Positions 8,380-14,671 of a stretch of DNA of 14,671 nucleotides are shown here, one piece after another (position 1 is the stretch's first letter; the number at the start of each line of letters is the position of its first letter). The position numbers and the translations under genes are program-made. Source of the stretch: an uncultured bacterium (GTDB lineage Bacteria > Lernaellota > Lernaellaia > Lernaellales > Lernaellaceae); contig CAZHPN010000155.1 of NCBI GenBank assembly GCA_964534375.1, forward strand, positions 1-14,671, given 5' to 3'. The notes beneath the pieces are model-generated. The model saw only the letters and a program-made list of their open reading frames with translations, was not told where the DNA came from and did not search any database.

Positions 8380-11056
8380 GCCGCTTTGCGTCGTCGGCGC
8401 GGTCGTCAGCGACCACGACAGCGCGGTGGCGCTCGTCGTCGACGGCCGGCTCGTCGCGGCGATCAACGAAGAGCGACTGTGCCGCGTGCGCCGCGGCGAT
8501 CCGCGCAACAGCGTGCGGCGGGCGCTCAATTACGTTCTCGCCGAGGCGGGCCTGACGCCGGCCGACATCGATCTCGTCGCGTGCGATACCGCCTATTACT
8601 ACCCGCCCGGCGGCCATCCGCCGATCGCCGTATTCCCCGATTTCCCCGATGAAAAAATCGTGCTGCTCGATCATCACCTCGGGCACGCCGCGTCGGCGTT
8701 TCTGCCGAGCCCGTTTGACGAAGCCGCGGTGCTCACCGTCGACGCTTCCGGCGGCGTCGCGCCGCTGACCGCCGACCGCCGGCGCTGGGGTTTTCGGCCC
8801 GCCGATCTCGCGTTCCGCGACCGCGGCTTTCGCGCGGCGCATCGCCATCCGACCGTCGCGGAACTGCTGCGCGCGCATCCCGAAGCCGAGGCCCGCAACT
8901 ACCCCGCCGAGAGCCTGACCCTCGGCCATGCGGTGCGAGGCGAGCGGTTCGTCGAAATCGAAGACCAGATGGCCGGCGGTAGCCTCGGCTATTTCTACGC
9001 GATCTGCGCGCATTTCCTGGGTATGGAGGAAGGCAGCTTCATGGGTTTGGCGGCGCACGGCGGGCCGAACAAATTCGATGAATTGTTCAGACAGATTCTG
9101 CGAATCGAAAGCGACGGCCGCTTGACGCTCGATCCGGATTGGCTGCGGTTCTGGGCGGACGATCGCGTGCTGGAAGACCCGGTGTCGTTCAAGCGTCTCG
9201 CGCCGCGCTGGTTCGAGACCTTCGGTCAGCCGCGCCGGCCCGACGATGATATTTCGCCACGCGACAAGGATTTCGCCTGGTCGGCGCAACATCGTTTGGA
9301 AGAAGCGCTGGCGCACATCGCAACCCGCCTGCGGCAGCTCACGGGCAGCCCGAATCTCTGCCTCGCCGGCGGCGTCGCGCTCAACAGCGTTGCCAACGGC
9401 AAGCTCATCGCGCGCGCCGGCTTCGAGCGCGTGTTCATTCAGCCGGCGGCAAGCGACGACGGCATCGCGCTCGGCTTCGCGTTGTTCGCCGATTACGTGC
9501 TCGCGGGCGTTCCGGCGAAAAAGCGCTGGACGATGACCGACGCCGCGACCGGGCGTACGTATCCCGAGGCGGATATCGCCGACTTCTTCGCGCGCCTGCA
9601 AAGCGGCCGGCTGCCGCTGGAATATCTCGCGGCGATTCCGGGAACGCGGCGCGTGGATGTCGTGTGGTCGATCGGCGGCGGCGCTCCGCAACGGACCGCG
9701 ATGGCCTACGACGAACCCGCTCGCCGGTGGCGCGCCGAATTGCCCGTGCCGGTCGGCGCCGCGGTCGAATATTCGTTCGAGAGTTTCGGCGACCCGATCG
9801 AGACCTATCTGCTAGCCGAGCCGCCGTCCGCGCCAGCGCCCGCGGCCGAGAAAACGGATCTGCCCGCGGAATTTCGCAAATTTCTGGATGACCACCGCGA
9901 TCTGGCCGGCGCGCTCGACGGCGAACGCGCCTTCATCGGGCCGGAGCACGTGGTGATCGACCCGACCAATCGCTGCAACAACAATTGCCTGCCGTGCTGG
10001 ACCAACTCGCCGCTGCTCGGCGACTTCGGGCCGCCGGCCTCGTGGGCGCGGCAGGAAATGCCGGCCGAAATGCTGCTGCGGCTGATCGACGAACTCGCGA
10101 CGCTCGGCGCCAAGCGCCTCCGCTTCACCGGCGGCGGCGAGCCGCTGCTGCACCCGGCGATTTTCCCGGCGATCGAACGCGCCAAGGCCCGCGGCCTGAT
10201 TTGCGCGCTGACCACCAACTTCAGCGTCATCGACGACGCGGGCGTGCGGCGCCTGGCCGCCGCGGGGCTCGATGAATTGACAGTCAGCCTGTGGGCTGGC
10301 TCGGCGGCGATTTACAGCCGCAGCCATCCGAACAAAACGGAAAAAACCTTCGCGGAAATCGAGCGGCACTTGCGGCTTTACGCCGAGTGCAAGCGGCCCG
10401 GCGCCGAAATCGTCATGGCCAACGTGCTCTTCTCGATGAACTTCATGGAGTCGCGCGAGATGCTCGATTTCGCCCTGCGCGTCGGCGCCGACGGCCTGTA
10501 TTTCGCGCTGGTCGATTCCGTCCACCCGCGCACCGACGGCCTGCTGCTCGCCCCGCCGCAGTTGCGGATTCTGCGCCAACACCTCGGCGACGTGCGCCGG
10601 CGCGTGGACGAGGTGCGCGCCGCCGGCCGGCTGTTCCGCCTCGACAATTGGGACGGCCTGCTGGCGCGCGTCGAGGCGGCGGGCGCGCCGCGCGGCGATT
10701 ATGATCAAGCCGCGGTCGAGGCGATTCCGTGCTACGTCGGTTGGATGTTCGCACGCGTGCTGCCGACCGGCGAAGTCGCGCCGTGCTGCCGCGGCGTCAA
10801 CAAGCCGCTCGGCGATTTGCGCCGGAAATCGTTCGCCGAAATCTGGCATGGCGAAAAAGCCCGCGAGTTTCGCCGCATGGCCTTGCGCGAATCCAAGCGC
10901 CACCCCTATTTCGCGGCGATCGGCTGCCGCCGCGTCTGCGACAACCTGATGCACAACGGCGAGTTTCACGCGCGAATGCAGCGCCTGACCGCCGAAGAGC
11001 GCGCGCAGTTGCGGCGGTTCATCGTCGACGTCGAACCGGCCGGGCCGGCGCGATGA
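8372..11056 (+). CDS. Carbamoyltransferase N-terminal (Kae1-like) domain - radical SAM (SPASM/Twitch-type) fusion protein
   Basis: 'HDSAVALVVDGRLVAAINEERLCR', 'HHLGHAASAF', 'TVDASG', 'MGLAAHG', 'LCLAGGVALNSVANGK' and 'IQPAASDDGIALG'. Then the CxxxCxxC motif 'CNNNCLPC' (9974-9997), 'TGGGEPL' and 'PCYVGW...PCC...GCRRVC'. 8-nt overlap with the upstream gene. Confidence 0.92.
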   Translation: MAKPLCVVGAVVSDHDSAVALVVDGRLVAAINEERLCRVRRGDPRNSVRRALNYVLAEAGLTPADIDLVACDTAYYYPPGGHPPIAVFPDFPDEKIVLLDHHLGHAASAFLPSPFDEAAVLTVDASGGVAPLTADRRRWGFRPADLAFRDRGFRAAHRHPTVAELLRAHPEAEARNYPAESLTLGHAVRGERFVEIEDQMAGGSLGYFYAICAHFLGMEEGSFMGLAAHGGPNKFDELFRQILRIESDGRLTLDPDWLRFWADDRVLEDPVSFKRLAPRWFETFGQPRRPDDDISPRDKDFAWSAQHRLEEALAHIATRLRQLTGSPNLCLAGGVALNSVANGKLIARAGFERVFIQPAASDDGIALGFALFADYVLAGVPAKKRWTMTDAATGRTYPEADIADFFARLQSGRLPLEYLAAIPGTRRVDVVWSIGGGAPQRTAMAYDEPARRWRAELPVPVGAAVEYSFESFGDPIETYLLAEPPSAPAPAAEKTDLPAEFRKFLDDHRDLAGALDGERAFIGPEHVVIDPTNRCNNNCLPCWTNSPLLGDFGPPASWARQEMPAEMLLRLIDELATLGAKRLRFTGGGEPLLHPAIFPAIERAKARGLICALTTNFSVIDDAGVRRLAAAGLDELTVSLWAGSAAIYSRSHPNKTEKTFAEIERHLRLYAECKRPGAEIVMANVLFSMNFMESREMLDFALRVGADGLYFALVDSVHPRTDGLLLAPPQLRILRQHLGDVRRRVDEVRAAGRLFRLDNWDGLLARVEAAGAPRGDYDQAAVEAIPCYVGWMFARVLPTGEVAPCCRGVNKPLGDLRRKSFAEIWHGEKAREFRRMALRESKRHPYFAAIGCRRVCDNLMHNGEFHARMQRLTAEERAQLRRFIVDVEPAGPAR

Positions 11057-11697
11057 ACGCCGTGGGCCCGCGCCATCCGGCGTTGGAGGCGGGGCTCGTC
11101 TGGCTCGCGGTTTGCGCCGCGCTGGCGGTTTTGCTCCATCTCGGCGGCCGGCTGCCGGTCGGCTCGGTGCTCGTTCCCGTGGTTTGGCTCTGGACGCCGC
11201 CGGCCGTGCTTTATTTCACCCGGCGCAATTTTGCCGAATACGGGCTCTTGCCGGCCGATTGGCGGCGCGGCCTCGGTCTCGGCGCGATAGCGTCGGCGGT
11301 CATCCTGCCGCTGTTCGCCGCCGGCTACTGGCTGACCTGGGGTGTGTTCGCCGGCCGCGCGCTCGCCTGGCAATTCAACGGGCCAGCGGCGAAATTCGCC
11401 TTCACGTCGCTGATCGTCTTTGCCCTGCCAGAAGAAGTTTTTTTTCGCGGCTACCTGCAAACGCTCTTCGCCAAGGCGTGGCCCTCGCGGCGCGGGCAGG
11501 ATTTGGCGATCGTCGCCGCGGCCGCCTGTTTCGCGCTGGCGCATCTGCTGCCGGGGCCGCAATTGTCGCGGTTGGCGACGTTCTTCCCGGGGCTGGTTCT
11601 CGGCTGGCTGCGCCGGCGCAGCGGCGGGATCGTCGCGCCGATCGTCTTTCACGCGCTCGCGAACGCCACGATGGTGATCTTGGAAGGCCGGCTTTAA
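11053..11697 (+). CDS. CPBP (Rce1/CAAX/Abi) family intramembrane glutamic protease
   Basis: Multiple hydrophobic helices with the CPBP motifs 'PEEVFFRGYLQ' (EExxxR), 'FALAH' (FxxxH) and 'HALAN' (HxxxN). The start is placed at ATG 11053 (ATGA overlap with the upstream stop), not 10729. Confidence 0.9.
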   Translation: MNAVGPRHPALEAGLVWLAVCAALAVLLHLGGRLPVGSVLVPVVWLWTPPAVLYFTRRNFAEYGLLPADWRRGLGLGAIASAVILPLFAAGYWLTWGVFAGRALAWQFNGPAAKFAFTSLIVFALPEEVFFRGYLQTLFAKAWPSRRGQDLAIVAAAACFALAHLLPGPQLSRLATFFPGLVLGWLRRRSGGIVAPIVFHALANATMVILEGRL

Positions 11698-11700
11698 GCG

Positions 11701-12726
11701 TCAGCCGATGTGGCTCTTCACCTTGAGGAAAACCTTGACGAAGTTCGGGTCGAACTGTGTGCCGGCGTTGCGGCGCACGATCTGCAGCGCGCGCTCGACC
11801 GGCAGCGCGGGGCGGTAGGAGCGGTCGGAGGTCATCGCGTCGTAGGCGTCGCAGATGGCCATGATGCGGGCGCCGACGGGAATTTCTTCGCCGCGCAAGC
11901 CGTCCGGATAGCCGGCGCCGTCGTAGAACTCGTGGTGCGAGCGGACGATCCGGGATATCCGCTTGAACTGCGGCACCTGCTCGATGATCTTCTGGCTGAT
12001 CAGCGGGTGCTTCTTGATCTGATTGTATTCTTCTTCGGTCAGCCGCCCCTGCTTGTTCAGCACATTCTCGCTGATGCCGATCTTGCCGATGTCGTGAAAG
12101 AGGCCCGCGAGGTGGATTTCCTCGACGTCGGCCGCGGGCAGGCCGATGTCGTTGGCGACGATCAGCGAATCGTCGGCGACGCGCCGGCTGTGGCCCTCGG
12201 TGTACTTGTCCTTCGCTTCCAACGTGCTGACCAGCGAACGGATTGTCGACACCAGCAGTTGCTGCTTCTCCTGGTTGTGCAGCCGCAACGCGAGCATCTT
12301 TTCCTTGATTTTCTTTTCCATGTTCGCTTGCAGTTCGTGGTTCTGCAGCACCAGCCGGCGCTTTTCCACCGCGCGTTTGACCGCCAGCAGCAGGTCGTAC
12401 GCGTGCACCGGCTTCGGCACCAGATCGTAAGCGCCGTTGTCGATGATCCGCCGCACATTGTCGATGTCGGTGTACGAGGTGAGCGCGATGACGTCGATCC
12501 CGAAGCGCCCCTGCAGCGCGTAATTCATCACGTCCATGCCGGCCGAGCCGTTCGGCCCGATGTCGGCGATCAGCAGGTCGATGTCCTCTTCGTGCAGAAT
12601 CTGCCGCGCCGCGGGGCCGGCCGCCGCGTCGAAAACCGCGTAGCCGGCCGAACCAAGCACGTCTTTGATCGAATCGCGGACGAAGGATTCAGGCTCAATG
12701 ACCAAGATTCGCGCATTTTGCGCCAT
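11701..12726 (-). CDS. Response regulator with HD-GYP domain (RpfG-like c-di-GMP phosphodiesterase)
   Basis: Receiver domain ('DLLIADI', 'ALTS', 'PKP'), a coiled-coil linker, then 'KDKYTEGHSRRV', 'FHDIGK', 'HHEFYDGAGYPDGL' and 'DAYDAMTSDRSYR'. A GGAG SD lies 8 nt upstream. Confidence 0.95.
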   Translation of the reverse strand: MAQNARILVIEPESFVRDSIKDVLGSAGYAVFDAAAGPAARQILHEEDIDLLIADIGPNGSAGMDVMNYALQGRFGIDVIALTSYTDIDNVRRIIDNGAYDLVPKPVHAYDLLLAVKRAVEKRRLVLQNHELQANMEKKIKEKMLALRLHNQEKQQLLVSTIRSLVSTLEAKDKYTEGHSRRVADDSLIVANDIGLPAADVEEIHLAGLFHDIGKIGISENVLNKQGRLTEEEYNQIKKHPLISQKIIEQVPQFKRISRIVRSHHEFYDGAGYPDGLRGEEIPVGARIMAICDAYDAMTSDRSYRPALPVERALQIVRRNAGTQFDPNFVKVFLKVKSHIG

Positions 12727-12749
12727 TTATTTTTCTCCACGCTCGATTC

Positions 12750-12778
12750 AGTATATCCGTCCGCAAGCCCATTTGCAA
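12750..12778 (-). promoter_or_regulatory. Putative sigma70 promoter of the HD-GYP gene
   Basis: On the minus strand: TTGCAA-17 nt-TATACT, followed by GGAG and the ATG. Confidence 0.65.
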
Positions 12779-12900
12779 ACCTGCGCAGGGCGAATAAGCG
12801 CCCGCGCCGGCGGGCGCGAACGGCCCGCAATGGGGCGCTCAGCAGAGGAACACCAAAAGACTCAGCGGCGGTTCCTCGTCCACAGTCCGCGGATTTTGCC

Positions 12901-12929
12901 TTGAACGAACCGGTCCGATGCCGTAACCT
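12901..12929 (+). promoter_or_regulatory. Putative sigma70 promoter of the R-M locus
   Basis: TTGAAC (12901-12906)-17 nt-TAACCT (12924-12929), with the ATG 9 nt downstream. Confidence 0.5.
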
Positions 12930-12938
12930 CCTAGGAAG

Positions 12939-13949
12939 ATGAAGTACGTTGATGCAATAAACAAAAAGCTGGTTCCGACGCGAAACGGCGGACCGAAGAC
13001 GGTTGATTTGTTTGCCGGCTGCGGAGGTTTGGCGCTTGGTTTTGAAGCGGCCGGTTTTGAAACTATCGGGTACGAAATAAACGCTGACTGTACCGAAACG
13101 TATAACAGGAACTTGGCCGGGACCTGCCACAACGTCGCGTTGACCAAGGAAACGCCGCTGGAGTCGTGCGATGTGATCATCGGCGGCCCGCCCTGCCAAC
13201 CGTTCAGCGTGCGGGGTCATCAAAACGGGTTAGCGGACTCCCGCGACGGTTTTCCCACATTTATTTCGGCCGTCGAGCGATTGCGCCCGGCACTATTTCT
13301 GTTCGAGAACGTTCGCGGTCTTTTGTATCGCAACGGCTGGTATTTGGACGAAGTGATCGAGCAGCTTAAAGCTCTCGACTATGTCGTGGAGAAGCAGCTC
13401 GTCAACGCCCGGCATTTCGGCGTGCCGCAGAACCGGGAACGCTTGATTGTCGTCGGACACACGGGCGACTTCTTCTGGCCAAAACCGGTCAAGTACATGG
13501 TGACGGCTGGCGAGGCGCTCGGCGAATTGGCCTTTCAAACCCCGCCGGGGTCTAAGTTTTTGACACGCAGCATGGACGAATATGTTGCCCGATATGAGAA
13601 GGCGTCCTTTTGCACGGTTCCGCGCGACTTGCATTTGGACCGGCCCGCGCGGACGCTCACGTGCCGAAATCTCGCTGGCGCGACCAGCGACATGCAACGA
13701 ATCAGACTTCCCGACGGACGGCGGCGCCGATTGACCGTGCGCGAGGCTGCACGTCTGCAAAGTTTTCCCGATTCGTTCGAGTTTGCAGGCGGCGAAACGA
13801 GCCAATACAACCAAATCGGCAACGCCGTTCCGCCGTTGCTTGCGTTGCATTTGGCCGAGCGCGTGATGGCCTATCTTGAATCCCGAGGCGTTGATGAGTC
13901 GAGGCCGAAAAAGCAGCAGACGACCGGCCGGCAACTTGCGCTTATTTAA
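12939..13949 (+). CDS. DNA (cytosine-5)-methyltransferase of a type II R-M system
   Basis: Motif I 'DLFAGCGG', IV 'GGPPCQPFS', VI 'FENVRG', VIII 'VPQNRER', IX 'RRLTVREAARLQSFP' and X 'QIGNAVPP', all present and in order. Confidence 0.96.
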   Translation: MKYVDAINKKLVPTRNGGPKTVDLFAGCGGLALGFEAAGFETIGYEINADCTETYNRNLAGTCHNVALTKETPLESCDVIIGGPPCQPFSVRGHQNGLADSRDGFPTFISAVERLRPALFLFENVRGLLYRNGWYLDEVIEQLKALDYVVEKQLVNARHFGVPQNRERLIVVGHTGDFFWPKPVKYMVTAGEALGELAFQTPPGSKFLTRSMDEYVARYEKASFCTVPRDLHLDRPARTLTCRNLAGATSDMQRIRLPDGRRRRLTVREAARLQSFPDSFEFAGGETSQYNQIGNAVPPLLALHLAERVMAYLESRGVDESRPKKQQTTGRQLALI

Positions 13950-13961
13950 GAGGTCCTTCAT

Positions 13962-14636
13962 ATGCCGAACACGCAGGGAATCCTCGGCGGCGACCGGACT
14001 TGCAAAACATTTGCCGCCAAGACGTCAAAAAGACGCGAGTTGATCAACGAAGCTCTCGATATTTTGTCGGCTTTCGGGATTCCGATGACAGGAACCGCGA
14101 GAGCGCTTGAACGCATGGCGGAAGCGTTCCTGGCGGTTGCGGACGTAACAAAATTGCAAGGATGGGCCAAGGCGAAGAGTCTTTCCGACGGCCGATCTCT
14201 CAAGACGAGAGACATCATCGAGTACGTAAACCGCCACTTTGGCGAAAATATTTCGAGAGGTTCCTACGATGACGTTAGGCGGCGAGATCTGTTGCTTCCC
14301 GTGACGGCGAAAATCGTCGTTTCAACGGCGCCGGGTTCGGCGCGAAACGCGCCCAATCGAGGTTACGCGTTGAGTGTCGAGCACTGTGCCTTGATTAGAA
14401 AGTTCGGGAAATCGGGTTGGCGATCGGACGTGGAGAATTTCGCCGCGAAACGGGGGCGATTGGCCGACGCCCTAAGTTCCGCTCGGAATTTGGAACGCCA
14501 TGAAGTTGTTATCAGCGCCGATCGGAGGTTGGACTTAGGCCCTGGCGAACACAATCTTCTTCAAAAGAAGATCGTCGAGGAATTGCTTCCGCGTTTTGGT
14601 TTCGGCGCCAAGGTGCTCAGGGCTCCGGCATGTTGA
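13962..14636 (+). pseudogene. BsuBI/PstI-family type II restriction endonuclease, truncated before its catalytic C-terminal region
   Basis: GAGGT SD 7 nt upstream. 'INEALDILSAFGIP', 'ENISRGSYDDVRR' and 'LGPGEHNLLQKKIVEELLPRFG' resemble this family. Homologues as I recall them continue 'xVLYVGDT...' for more than 100 aa, but here 'AKVL' runs into 'RAPAC*'. Confidence 0.75.
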
Positions 14637-14671
14637 CTTGCAAATGATTGAAGTTTTGGGATTTGTCTTTT
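14618..14671. mobile_element. Probable terminal inverted repeat/end of an insertion sequence (ISAs1-family-like)
   Basis: The sequence CAGGGCTCCGGCATG starts exactly where endonuclease similarity ends and fits the CAGGGC-N4-GCAT pattern I recall for ISAs1-family ends. The following DNA is AT-rich. No transposase is visible in the window. Confidence 0.55.

Noticed and set aside
6425..10969. Long antisense ORFs (6425-7975, 7663-8529, 8255-9691, 9812-10969) and similar shadow ORFs such as 3876-4871 and 11710-12942
   Set aside because: They lie opposite well-supported genes, lack recognisable motifs, and are expected in high-GC DNA with few off-frame stops.
10729..11052. N-terminal extension of the CPBP ORF in the ORF track (likewise 7711-7752 for the carbamoyltransferase C-domain)
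   Set aside because: These are Arg-rich out-of-frame translations overlapping the upstream gene. The ATGA-coupled starts at 11053 and 7753 fit better.
11438..11445. T8 run in the CPBP protease gene as a phase-variation tract
   Set aside because: It encodes V-F-F within the conserved EExxFR motif, so protein constraint largely explains it, and it is short.
3222..11697. RiPP cluster interpretation (radical SAM/SPASM enzymes plus a CPBP protease)
   Set aside because: No precursor peptide ORF fits between the overlapping genes and no RRE/PqqD-like domain is recognisable. The GT and carbamoyltransferase fusions point to a sugar substrate.
12798..12877. Inverted repeats in the divergent intergenic region (GCGCCCGC-N4-GCGGGCGC at 12798-12817; GAGGAAC-N19-GTTCCTC at 12845-12877)
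   Set aside because: They are short, have no U tract, and no controller protein gene is present. I cannot distinguish them from chance, and I see no tRNA or att site marking the R-M insertion boundary.

Overview
High-GC bacterial window with four blocks. (1) The end of a fatty-acid beta-oxidation operon: a FadN-type 3-hydroxyacyl-CoA dehydrogenase/enoyl-CoA hydratase (5'-truncated), a thiolase and an intrinsic terminator, then a small bacterial-PH-domain membrane protein. (2) A translationally coupled five-gene operon (3222-11697): a GT4-like glycosyltransferase with a long coiled-coil tail; a GT4 glycosyltransferase fused to a radical SAM domain; a stand-alone carbamoyltransferase C-terminal (YrdC-like) domain; a carbamoyltransferase N-terminal (Kae1-like) domain fused to a second, paralogous radical SAM domain; and a CPBP intramembrane protease. 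This is the most unusual part. The CmcH/NodU/TobZ-type carbamoyltransferase is split and order-swapped. An A10 tract followed by stop codons in both shifted frames sits at the GT/radical-SAM boundary and may act as a slippage switch. (3) A convergent REC-HD-GYP c-di-GMP phosphodiesterase. (4) A type II R-M locus: a C5 methyltransferase plus a BsuBI/PstI-like endonuclease that is cut off by what looks like an ISAs1-family IS end at the right edge. All family calls come from motif recognition by eye; no database searches were run.
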